From positions 10,228-74,227 of the forward strand of contig JAUCBJ010001352.1 in NCBI GenBank assembly GCA_032718475.1: 64,000 nucleotides of DNA. The letters run 5' to 3'. Shown piece by piece: positions 12,011-24,300 of this stretch (position 1 is the first letter of the stretch; each line of letters starts with the position of its first letter). Under the pieces are notes generated by a model. It was not told where the DNA came from. It worked only from the letters and a program-made list of their open reading frames with translations, and did no database searches. Position numbers and translations under genes: made by a program. This DNA comes from Nemertoderma westbladi. Its lineage: Eukaryota > Animalia > Xenacoelomorpha.

Positions 12011-15000
12011 ATCCACGAAGCTAAGGAAAATCAACTACTTTCGCTAAGAAAGATTTTCCTTAGCTGAGATGGTCTATTCATAGTGGGCTATTTTACTTGT
12101 ATGAGGCAGATTTGGTTTTTTTTGATTCCGGAAAAAACTAGCCTTTAAAAGTACCCTGAAATTTTGCATGTATGTACTACTCGTCGAGGCGCATCGTGTG
12201 GGATGGGTCTCATATCCAGGAAAAATCTGGTTTCCATGGCAACGGACTTAAAAAAAAGTCTATGTATTTCAAGTCAATATTTATAACTCTATTTGTAGGA
12301 AAACTATAATAGATATAAACTTGGGGTTTCTCAACTCAACTATAAGGTCCATAGCAGAGCCGATTGAGGTTAAATAGAAAATCCAGTTACCTTGGCAACC
12401 AGGCTAAACAGATGTTAAAATTTATAAAATGTTAATTTGAGGCCTAAGGGCAAGGTGTTATGACTTGGGACCAACCCCACCCTCACTATATAACTTATTC
12501 TGCATCCGAATTACATTGTTCTATTTTTCAGTTACCATGACAACCGCTGAAAACAGATGTTTTTATTCAAAACTTATTCATTTGGACATAGACTTCACGA
12601 TGAAATTTTACAAAACTGGGTATGTGTTATCTGGACCACGAGTTGGAACTTTTAGTGAAACTTAAATTATTCCAGAAATTTACTTACCATGGTAACTGTA
12701 GTTTATTAAACTCTATATCATTCAAATCTATATTGATAACTCTATTTGTAGCAAAACTGTAATATATATAAACTTGGGGTTTTGCAACTCATCTATAAGA
12801 TCCATATCCAAGCCGTTTGAGGTTAATTAGAAAATACAGTTACCATAGCAACAAGTCTAGACAGATGTTAAAATTTATAAAATGATAATTTGAAGCACAA
12901 GTTAATAGTATTATGACTTGGGACTAACCCCTACCCCCACAATATGACTTATTCTGCATCCGAATTACATTGTTCTATTTTTCAGTTTCCATGACAACCA
13001 CTGCAAACAGATGCAATTTGATAGAAAATCGGTAATCTGGACATAAACTACAATATTTTCTGAAACTCAGTATATGTGTTATCTGAACCACAATCTGGAC
13101 TGAATTTTTTTTCAAAGGTCAAAGCAACAGTTCCAGAGAACTCTAGTTTCCATGGGAATAGAAGTTAATTATTGACAATTGCTACTAAACGAGGCTAAGC
13201 AACGAACCAAAGTGTGGCCGTTTGTTTAATTTTCCTTAGCTTCGTGGTTGCATTTCCTTTAGGAAATGCCTTTCTCGTATTATATTATAATCTTTATCCA
13301 CGAAGCTAAGGAAAATCAACTACTTTCGCTAAGAAAGATTTTCCTTAGCTGAGATGGTCTATTCATAGTGGGCTGTTTTACTTGTATGGGGCAGATTTAG
13401 TGTTTTTTGACTCCAGAAAAAACTAGCCTTTAAAAGTACCCTGAAATTTTGCATGTATATACTACTCGTCGAGGCGCATCTTTTGGGCTGGGTCTCATAT
13501 CCAGGAAAAATCTGGTTTCCATGGCAACGGACTTAGAAAAAAGTCTATGTATTTCAAGTCAATATTTATAACTCTATTTGTAGGAAAACTATAATACATA
13601 TAAACTTGGGGTTTCTCAACTCAACTATAAGGTCCATAGCAGAGCCGATTGAGGTTAAATAGAAAATCCAGTTACCTAGGCAACCGGGCTAAACAGATGT
13701 TAAAATTTTTAAAATGTTAATTTGAAGCCTAAGGTTAAGGTGTGATGACTTCGGACCAATCCCTACCCCCACTATATAACTTATTCTGCGTCCGAATTTG
13801 ATTGTTCTATTTTGCAGTTACCATGACAACCGCTGAAAACAGATGTTTTTATACAACAATTATTCATTTGGACATAGACTTCACGATAAAATTTTACAAA
13901 ACTGGGTATGTGTTATCTGGACCACTAGTTGGAACTTTTAGTGAAACTCAAAACATTCCAGAAATATCTAGTTACCATGGTAACTGGAACTTATTAAAGT
14001 CAATATCATTCAAGTCTATATTGTTAACTCTTGTTTGTAGGAAAACTGTATTAGATATAAATATTGGGTTTCCCAACTCAACTATAAGGAAGGTCCTTAG
14101 AGGAGCCAATTGTGGTTAATTAGAAAATCCAGTTACCTTGGTAACCAGGTTAAACAGATGTTATAATTTAAAAAAATTATAATTAGAAACACAAGTTAAA
14201 GGCATTATGACTTGGGACCAACCCCTACCACCATAATATCACTTATTCTGCATCCAATCTACGTTTTTCTATTTGCCAGTTACCTTGACAACCACTGCAA
14301 ACAGACTTTTTAACAAATTATTAATTAATTTTGCACATAAACTACTCAATGAAGCTTCCTTGAAGTCGATGTGTCACCTGGAACCACAAACTAGATCGTA
14401 ATGTAAAACTCAGCATTTCTAGAAAAGTCCAGTTACCTTGGCAATACCGGGAGTTCTTTTAACTCGGTAAATCAATGAACTGATGAGTCAAAGAGTGTTT
14501 AATTTTCCTTAGCTTCGTGGTTGCATTTCCTTTAGGAAATGCCTTTCTAGTTAATTTGAAGCCTAAGGTTAAGGTGTTATGACTTGGGACCAACCCCTAC
14601 CCCCACTATATAACTTATTCTGCGTCCGTATTTCATTGTTCAATTTTGAAGTTACCATGACAACCGCTGTAAACATCCACGAAGCTAAGGAAAATCAACT
14701 ACTTTCGCTAAGAAAGATTTTCCTTAGCTGAGATGGTCTATTCATAGTGGGCTATTTTACTTGTATGGAGCAGATTTAGTGTTTTTTGATAGGTGAAAAA
14801 ACTAGCCTTTAAAAGTACCCTGAAAATTTGCATGTATGTACTACTCGTCGAGGCGCATCGTGTGGGCCGGGTCTCATATCCAGGAAAAATCTGGTTTCCA
14901 TGGCAATGGACTTAAAAAAAAGTCTATGTATTTCAAGTCAATATTTATAACTCTATTTGTAGGAAAACTATAATAGATATACACTTGGGGTTTCTCATCT

Positions 15001-16318
15001 CAACTATATGGTCCATTGCTGAGCTGATTGAGGTTAAATAGAAAATCAAGTCCACGAAGCTAAGGAAAATCAACTACTTTCGCTAAGAAAGATTTTCCTT
15101 AGCTGAGATGGTCTATTCATAGTGGGCTATTTTACTTGTATGGGGCAGATTTGGGGTTTTTTGGTCGGGGAAAAAACTAGCCTTTAAAAGTACCCTGAAA
15201 TTTTGCATGTATATACTACTCGTCGAGGCGCATCGTGTGGGATGGGTCTCATATCCAGGAAAAATCTGGTTTCCATGGCAACGGACTTAGAAAAAAGTCT
15301 ATGTATTTCAAGTCAATATTTGTAACTCTATTTGTAGGAAAACTATAATACATATAAACTTGGGGTTTCTCAACACAACTATAAGGTCCATAGCAGAGCC
15401 GATTGAGGTTAAATAGAAAATCCAGTTACCTTGGCAACCGGGCTAAACAGATGTTAAAATTTTTAAAATGTTAATTTGAAGCCTAAGGTTAAGGTGTGAT
15501 GACTTGGGACCAATCCCTACCCCCACTATATAACTTATTCTGCGTCCGAATTTGATTGTTCTATTTTGCAGTTACCTTGACAACCGCTGAAAACAGATGT
15601 TTTTATACGAAAATTATTCATTTGTACATAGACTTCACGATAAAATTTTACGAAACTAGGTATGTGTTATCTGGACCAGTAGTTGGAACTTTTAGTGAAA
15701 CTCAAAACATTCCAGAAATATCTAGTTACCATGGTAACTGTAGTTTTTTTAAAGTTATATATCATTCAAGTCTATAATCATAACTCTATTTGGAGAAAAA
15801 CTGTAATATATATAAACTTGGGGTTTTGCAACTCATCTATAAGGTCCATATACAAGCCGTTCGAAGTTATTTAGAAAATCCATTTACCATAGCAACAAGA
15901 GTAAACAGATGTTAAAATTAATAAAATGATAATTTGAAGCACAATTTAATAGTATTATGACTTGGGACCAACACCTACCCCCACTATATGACTTATTCTG
16001 CATCCGAATTACATTGTTCTATTTTTCAGTTTCCATGACAACCACTGCAAACAGATGCATTTTGATAGAAAATCTGTAATTTGGACATAAACTACAATAT
16101 TTTCTGAAACTCGATGTGTTATCTGAAAAACAATCTGGACTGAATCTTTTTTCAAAGGTAAAACCAACAGTTCCAGAGAACTCTAGTTTCCATGGGAATA
16201 GAAGTTATTTATTGGCAAATGCTACTAAACTAGGCTAAGCAACGAACCAAATTGTGGCCGTTTGTTTAATTTTCCTTAGCTTCGTGGTTGCATTTCCTTT
16301 AGGAAATGCCTTTCTCGT
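12011..16318 (+). mobile_element. Tandem cluster of non-autonomous Helentron/HINE (DINE-1-like) elements with ~150-bp internal repeats
   Basis: Full copies at ~12011-13279, ~13296-14550 and ~15051-16318; partial copies at 14551-15050. Full copies have the 5' subTIR ccacgaagctaaggaaaa with a nearby partial inverse, the 3' subTIR ttttccttagcttcgtgg and the terminal palindrome gcatttcctttaggaaatgc. Confidence 0.85.
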
Positions 16319-16334
16319 AATATTACATAATAAT

Positions 16335-16620
16335 GTAGTATTTAAATAATGTCACAATAATAATAATAAACCATGTTTCGGTTCTAAAGCGCTGTTAAAT
16401 TCCCAAGATTGTGTCCGAACGTTTAGTTTAGATTTAGTAAAGCCCTATTAAAGAGTTCGGTTTTTAGAAGGCTGCGGAAAGTTGTCAGATTAGTGGCGGT
16501 TCGAGTTTGAAAATGGAGACTGTTGGAACGGCGGCGTCGGGCGCCGAATGTTTTAAGTTTGAAATTTGGTACTTTTAGAGTCCAAAGGAGTTCCGTTGGT
16601 GTAAGTAGATCTAGGATGAA
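16335..16620 (-). mobile_element. 3' end of an L2-clade LINE
   Basis: Minus frame NSLHFQTRTATNLTTFRSLLKTELFNRA, a 3'UTR containing agcgctttagaa, and an (ATT)n tail. Confidence 0.7.
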
Positions 16621-16860
16621 CAGGGTGATCCAACTCCTTTAGTAGTACTTTAAATTCTAATAACTCCGTCTCAATTTAATAAAAATATATCATTTTGGCA
16701 TCACTTAAAATATGTATATTGTGTAGTGTGGTAGTCATAGTAAGTTTTGTTTTGTTCAGTTTTCAAGTAACATTTTGAATAAACCATCCATAGGTGCACC
16801 GCAGATTCGTCAATAAGTGATCCGGAGATATAACCGATGCAGTTTACCAAAGTTACAACT

Positions 16861-17507
16861 GGTGTACGGAAAATTCCGACCCGGAAAATTCCGACCCATT
16901 CAGATATTGAATGAAATTTTCATGAGTCGGAATTGTCCGGATCCAGCATAGGACAATTCCGACCCAAATAATTTAAAAATAATAATAAATAATAATTTTA
17001 TTTAACATTACATTATTTTATTATTCAACATAAGATTTCTGTGTCCATGGATATTCGTCGTTCTTGACATGTTTGCTACGTAATTTTATAGTTGCATAGA
17101 ACTTTTAGAATTTGAATGTATTCGGTACTAGTGTGTTGTGTACTAGTAGCAAAAACTAGCTAGTATTAAAAATTTGGTGGGGGGGGGGGGGCAATTTTTA
17201 ATATTAGCTACTTTTTGCTACATTTGTTGAAAACGTTCTAAAACATATTTAGCTATTAATTAAGAAAAATATTAGTGTTCTAGAAAACAGATGTTTGTTA
17301 TTGATTATCGGTAATTTCTATGAATTATTTGTATTTATTTGGATCCGGACAATTCCGACCCCTGAAAATTTCATTCGATCTCCGAGTGGGTCGGAATTAT
17401 CCCGGTCGGAATTGTCCGGGTCGCAATTGTCCGGGTCGGAATTGTCCGGGTCGCCGGGTCGCAATTGTCCGGGACGCAATTGTCCGGGTCGCAATTGTCC
17501 TAGCTTC
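16861..17507. mobile_element. Nested MULE/Mutator-like non-autonomous element with a 9-bp TSD
   Basis: TSD gttacaact at 16852-16860 and 17508-17516. The ends are inverted arrays of 15-bp gga(c/a)aattccgaccc units. Confidence 0.85.
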
Positions 17508-17571
17508 GTTACAACTATAGTTCCGAAATTATACAGTTGTTAGCTATGTTTACCGCAGAACATAAAGCGTA

Positions 17572-19268
17572 AATAGTTGGATGTCACTTTAAGTCGTACA
17601 TAGTTGAATGTTTCTTTAAGTCGTACATAATGGAATGTCACTTTACGTCGTACATAGTTGAATGTTTCTTTAAGTCGTACATAGTTGAATGTTTCTTTAA
17701 GTCGTACATATTTGAATGTTTCTTTAAGTCGTACATAGTTGAATGTTTCTTTAAGTCGTACATAGTTGAATGTTTCTTTAAGTCGTACATAGTTGAATGT
17801 TTCTTTAAGTCGTACATAGTTGAATGTTTCTTTAAGTCGTACATAGTTGAATGTTTCTTTAAGTCGTACATAGTTGAATGTTACTTTAAGTCGTACATAG
17901 TTGAATGTTACTTTAAGTCGTACATAATGGAATGTTTCTTTACGTCGTACATAGTTGAATGTTTCTTTAAGTCGTACATAACTGAATGTCACTTTACGTC
18001 GTACATAGTTGAATGTTTCTTTAAGTCGTACATAGTTGAATGTTTCTTTAAGTCGTACATAGTTGAATGTTTCTTTAAGTCGTTCATAATGGAATGTCAC
18101 TTTACGTCGTACATAGTTGAATGTTTCTTTAAGTCGTACATAGTTGAATGTTTCTTTAAGTCGTACATAGTTGAATATTTCTTTAAGTCGTACATAGTTG
18201 AATGTTTCTTTAAGTCGTACATAGTTGAATGTTTCTTTAAGTCGTACATAGTTGAATATTTCTTTAAGTCGTACATAGTTGAATGTTTCTTTAAGTCGTA
18301 CATAGTTGAATGTTTCTTTAAGTCGTACATAGTTGAATGTTTCTTTAAGTCGTACATAATGGAATGTCACTTTACGTCGTACATAGTTTAATGTTTCTTT
18401 AAGTCGTACATAGTTGAATGTTTCTTTAAGTCGTACATAGTTGAATGTTTCTTTAAGTCGTACATAGTTGAATGTTTCTTTAAGTCGTACATAGTTGAAT
18501 GTTTCTTTAAGTCGTACATAATGGAATGTCACTTTACGTCGTACATAGTTGAATGTTTCTTTAAGTCGTACATAGTTGAATGTTTCTTTAAGTCGTACAT
18601 AGTTGAATGTTTCTTTAAGTCGTACATAGTTGAATGTTTCTTTAAGTCGTACATAGTTGAATGTTTCTTTAAGTCGTACATAATGGAATGTCACTTTACG
18701 TCGTACATAGTTGAATGTTTCTTTAAGTCGTACATAATTGAATGTCACTTTACGTCGTACATAGTTGAATGTTTCTTTAAGTCGTACATAGTTGAATGTT
18801 TCTTTAAGTCGTACATAGTTGAATGTTTCTTTAAGTCGTACATAATGGAATGTCACTTTACGTCGTACATAGTTGAATGTTTCTTTAAGTCGTACATAGT
18901 TGAATGTTTCTTTAAGTCGTACATAATGGAATGTCACTTTACGTCGTACATAGTTGAATGTTTCTTTAAGTCGTACATAGTTGAATGTTTCTTTAAGTCG
19001 TACATAGTTGAATGTTTCTTTAAGTCGTACATAGTTGAATGTTTCTTTAAGTCGTACATAGTTGAATGTTTCTTTAAGTCGTACATAGTTGAATGTTTCT
19101 TTAAGTCGTACATAGTTGAATGTTTCTTTAAGTCGTACATAGTTGAATGTTTCTTTAAGTCGTACATAGTTGAATGTTTCTTTAAGTCGTACATAGTTGA
19201 ATGTTTCTTTAAGTCGTACATAGTTGAATATTTCTTTAAGTCGTACATAGTTGAATATTTCTTTAAGT
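17572..19268. repeat. 27-bp minisatellite (taagtcgtacatagttgaatgtttctt), about 63 units
   Basis: Direct periodicity, with a recurring variant (ataatggaatgtcactttacg). Confidence 0.97.
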
Positions 19269-20359
19269 ACGTCACTTCAGTCTGGTGACTCGCGTAGAAT
19301 AAACGGAGAGAGTGCTGTGACAGAATTGATAATTGAGAGACCATTATCGGGAGACCTTTTCAGTGATGAGGCAACTTTTTCACTTAAACGGACAGGTTAA
19401 TAGGTGGAACTCTAGAATTTGGGGGCGTGAAAATCCGCATTGTGTGTCTCAGAAGGTTCTGGATTCACCATAAATTGTAACTGTCTGGGCTGCGATATCT
19501 AACAATCGGCACTTTGGACCAAACCTTTTTGTAGATGCATCTGTCACCGGTAATGCGGTAGTACTTGTACCGGTAGTACAATAATACTTGGAATATAAAG
19601 TTGTATTCCTACGTTACTATGACTACCACACTACACAAAATACATATCGTACTCTAAGTTAGGATGTCAGATTTCAAATGATACCAAAATGATTTATTTT
19701 TATTAAATTGTCACGGAGTTATTATAATTCAAAGTACTACTAAAGGAGTTGGATCACCCTGTATTTTGGGGCTAGGCCATAAATGGTCTAGCCCTAAAAT
19801 ATGTTATAAAAATATATATAGCAGTTATTGTTTTTAAGGGTCTAGTTCCTTTATTATATGTATTTATATATATTTTATTATAGAGAATAATGGGTAAAGT
19901 TTTATTAAACATTATTATATTGGTGATCAAGTAATGACTAGGTAAACCGCAGTGGAGAGCCAATAGTATGATATAATTACAAATTTACCAGAATTGACAT
20001 TCAATTTCTCTTAAATACTACGAAGAAAGTTATTGAAATAAATATGTTAATTAAAGAATAAACGCTCCATAGACTGACGCATATATGGTAGGCCTACTGC
20101 TAGCGCACATACTGACTGCTGAAGTTCGCTTCCCAACGGATAACAGGTGGCCTCTGGTACGTTAGGGGGAACTTGGGATGAGTAATATGGCAACCGGCAT
20201 GCATTGATAAAATACAGAAAAAGGGTGGGATGGGTAGCTATCTGTGGCTTATAGGTCAGGGGTTAAGACCTAAAATGTTCTGCATAAAAGTACAAGAAGC
20301 GGGCTTCGCTACCATTTTATCGTAGCGAGTGCGAATAAGTCGGTGAAACATGAGGACCT

Positions 20360-20505
20360 TTATTGCGGACATACACGATATCGGTCTATCTTTATCTGAG
20401 TTGCTATAGGAATGGTTAGAACAGCAGACTTTCAACCTGGAGGTCACGAGTTCGATCCCACCTGGACGTCACTGCCGAATTTGCTAAGCTATGCCCAACG
20501 AAAAT
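20360..20505 (+). mobile_element. tRNA-derived SINE-like repeat copy
   Basis: gaatggttaga...gagttcgatcccacctggacgtcactgccga. Confidence 0.7.
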
Positions 20506-20589
20506 TGAAAGCATAATCTTGTTGTCATGATGCCGGCTGGTGGTTCACGGTAATGACAATACATATTATGGTCGACATACAACATAGTC

Positions 20590-20880
20590 ATGTACTAATG
20601 TTGTAGTGCAGTACTGTTACTGTTGTTGTGTAATGTTGTTATGTACTAATGTTGTAGTGCAGTACTGTTACTGTTGTTGTGTAATGTTGTTATGTACTAA
20701 TGTTGTAGTGCAGTACTGTTACTGTTGTTGTGTAATGTTGTTATGTACTAAAGTTGTAGTGCAGTACTGTTACTGTTGTTGTGTAATGTTGTTATGTACT
20801 AATGTTGTAGTGCAGTACTGTTACTGTTGTTGTGTAATGTTGTTATGTACTAAAATGTTGTAGTGAGTGTAATGTTGTCG
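20590..20880. repeat. 51-bp tandem repeat, about 5 units
   Basis: atgtactaatgttgtagtgcagtactgttactgttgttgtgtaatgttgtt repeated. Confidence 0.9.
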
Positions 20881-21399
20881 TGTACTATTGTTGTAGTGTA
20901 CAAATGTCGCACAGTAGTGTATATTGTGTAGTTAATTGTGTAGTGTACCACTATTATAGTGCAGTATAGTGTTGCAACGGGATATAATTATCGGGATCGG
21001 GATTATAATTTTTATTACGACCATTAACTCATCCAAAACTTACATTTTTTAATGAATGAAATTCAGATATAAATCCAGTTCAGATACAGATATCAGTTAT
21101 AAATCATGTACGATGCTGTAGGACTGCAGGTATAGTTGTAAAAGCAATACTATTATTTTACTTTATATTTTTTGTTTTTTTTATCTGGTTATTGGCAAAA
21201 ATTTTACTTTTTTATACAAAGTTACAAATTTAAGCTGCAGGGCATATAACTTCAGATCAGATCTATCAAATCCTGAAAAATCCCGATATTTTGCCATCGG
21301 GATCTGGATTTTAAATAAAATTCTGAATGCCACTAATGACGATATATTAAATATAAATCATTGTCTAACTCAACCTAAACAATGGGGTGATTCAGTTAC

Positions 21400-24300
21400 C
21401 AACCTGATCTTGAAGAGGAGTGCACGGGTTCTCATCCTCGGGATCTGGAAAATAAGCAAAGAAATAAGAATATTAATAAAGACTTTTTTCTCTAAGCTGT
21501 CCCTAATTATCATAGGTAAACAAAACTTCCAATATTCTGGTGACTGTTGATAGAGACATCAATTATGTATAAGGGGTTAAATGTTCATGGCAATTGGATT
21601 TATAGACGAATCGCGATATCTCGAACGGTGTTTGGAAGGGAATGGATTGACATAAAATTATACTCGAGATGGGTAAATATTAAAAACAAATTAAGGAAGA
21701 AAAATATTTCTAATTTGAAAAATTTTGGAATGAAAAATTATATCGAAAAATTGACATAACATTTGATTGCATGTGATTCAGGACTTGGGACCTTGATTTT
21801 GAAATCTACGTGAAATTTTGCATTAGTTTGGATGTTTTTTAAAAGTTAATATTTTCATTTTTAATAATTTTAATATCTGTAAAATTGTCATACTATTTAA
21901 TTGCTCGCTAAATTAATGTATTAACTTTACGCAGTTCAACAGTCGGGAAGGATTATTATGATTATTAGTAAATTACTAAACAATTAATTGCAAAACATAT
22001 TTACGTAGAAAATTTCGCCATCCGAAAGTTAAGTTTATTTACATATAAATGTTAACATAAAATGTACTGTTATGTATTAATTGTAAGGGTTTGTTTGTTA
22101 GTTGTTAGTTATTCGTTGTAGTCATTGTGGGGCGAGCCACGTCTGTCTGTGGAAAAGTTTGAACGCTAATAAGTCGGTTAATCTTTGATGAAATTGAACA
22201 AAATTTGGTAGACATGTAGTCTATCAAAAGTTTAGGAATCTACACACAGACAGACTTCTATAGTTCCTCTGTCGGCCGCAAGTTGACGAATTGTAAGTAA
22301 CCTAGAAGTAGCTATAATTATAGAACCAACCATCAGATTCATTTGTAATAGGAGTGACCAGGTCCAGTTATTGTACCGGTACTGCTACGCAGAGTCTATA
22401 GATTCAGTGCTGCACTAGCCGTGTTGCCCAGCGAACGTAAAACTTTCCACATTATTTCCCGCGGCTCATTTCTAACTATTCGAAAACGCTCCGGAATTTC
22501 GTGTTTTCGTGTTTGAGGGACAGGTTCGTTTACAGCCAGCTTGGCTGCCTTTCTAGTCGTGTGTAGCAAAAGCAACTAACTGTATATCTCTACCATACAA
22601 TAAGTATACGTCATTGTAGCTTTCCGGTTAATCTTGTTGTCCGTCCATGAAAAATAATAAATAAATTTTGCTTAGAAAACCTAACTAATTTTACCATAGA
22701 AAATATTGGTTTTCAACTAACTACAAAACTCATTTGAGAATTATAAAACATATAAATGTTATAAAAAATATAAATGTTATAAAATATAATGAAATTAAAC
22801 AGAATATCTTACGTATTAATTGGATTTCAATCTCCTCTGCATTGACGCCTTTAATATGATACCCTGGACCTGAAATAAGATACCATCTCTAACACAAAGT
22901 CACATAAACCATCTCCCAGAATATACAATAACTTCATAGACTATAAATATACCAAGTCCCAGAATATAATTATACACAATGGCGCAATATAAACCATCTC
23001 CCAGAATATACAATAACTTCATAGACTATAAATATACCAAGTCCCAGAATATAATTATACACAATGGCGCAATATAAACCATCTCCCAGAATATACAATA
23101 ACTTCATATCATAGACTATAAATATATATACATATATATACATAAGTCCCAGAATATATACACAATGGCACAACATAAACAATCCCCCATCATGCACCAT
23201 AGAATACAACACCATGCTCGAACTCAGGAAAAGGATGCGATTTGATAAAACATCAAATTTTAGAATTTCCCATTTAGAATTTCCCATTAAAGTAATTTTT
23301 CATGTAATATAGTTCGTTTTGTATCACAGAAATTATCTTTCGTATCGCAAAATACGAATAATTAATTTTCTATTTTCCTACTTTTAAAGACAACTTTTTT
23401 TCAATACAAATGTAATACGATAAATACGCCCATGTGAAGAATACCAGATGTTCACTTTTCGTCCGCAAATTTCGATTAAGTGGGCACTGCTGGAGAAGTA
23501 AAGACGAGTTCTTACCAGATCTACTTCTCTGGCAACCAACTCATGGAAAGCGTAGTCGTGGACGACCTGCCATAACATATATAGATCAACTTGAAAGGGA
23601 TACTGAACTTAGGAGAAACGAAATTGCGACAACTATGGAGAATCGGGAAGCCTGGAAGGATCTCATTTCCACTGTCCGAGTTCGCTCGACCTAGTAGTAG
23701 TAGTAGAATCGGGAAGCCTGGAAGGATCTCATTTCCATTGTCCGAGTTCGCTCGACCTAGTAGTAGTAGTAGAATCGGGAAGCCTGGAAGGATCTCATTT
23801 CCACTGTCCGAGTTCGCTCGACCTAGTACTAGTAGTATTTCTATCCTAAAACCAATACATACACAAATTCGTTTATTGTTTTGGTTAGATTCAGCTATTC
23901 TGTAACCTGGGATTTTAGTGAAAACGTGCTGACATTCATGTTCTAGTATTCTACAAGAGGGGGATAACTGCCAAGTGATGATAACAAAATATATAAGATT
24001 TTTATCGCATATTTCGAAATTATCTTAGATTATTCGTTTTGATCGAACTTAGTATTTTGCTTAAAATCACATGTATTCTATTGTTTGTATCCCATCCTAT
24101 CCTTCTCGAATATATACCGTACTATTATTTCTAACTACAGCTGTACCAGAAACTACAGCACATCTGATAAAACATCCTATAAAGTAATCTACAAATCTAA
24201 TGATAAGGCTATTTACAAAAATAAAATATATTTTCACATTTAAATCGGTTTAACCACACAATCGGTTTAACCACACAATCGGTTTAACCACACAATCGAT

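Larger units (their letters stand above)
16621..19761 (+). mobile_element. Defective Tc1/mariner transposon with ~125-bp TIRs and transposase remnants
   Basis: TIRs cagggtgatccaactcctttagtagtactt... and ...aagtactactaaaggagttggatcaccctg|TA. Catalytic remnant LFSDEATF / NGQVNRWNSRIWGRENPH / VTVWAAIS / FGP at ~19355-19530. N-terminal remnant MFTAEHKA at 17546. Confidence 0.85.

Noticed and set aside
17540-19344. Long repetitive ORFs, or a CRISPR-like array
   Set aside because: Units are contiguous with no unique spacers and there are no cas genes. The ORFs are a by-product of a 27-bp period, and the plus-strand frame has a stop just after the ATG.
20966-21335. Possible hAT MITE (tagtgttgc...gccacta)
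   Set aside because: The TIR match is weak and there is no 8-bp TSD.
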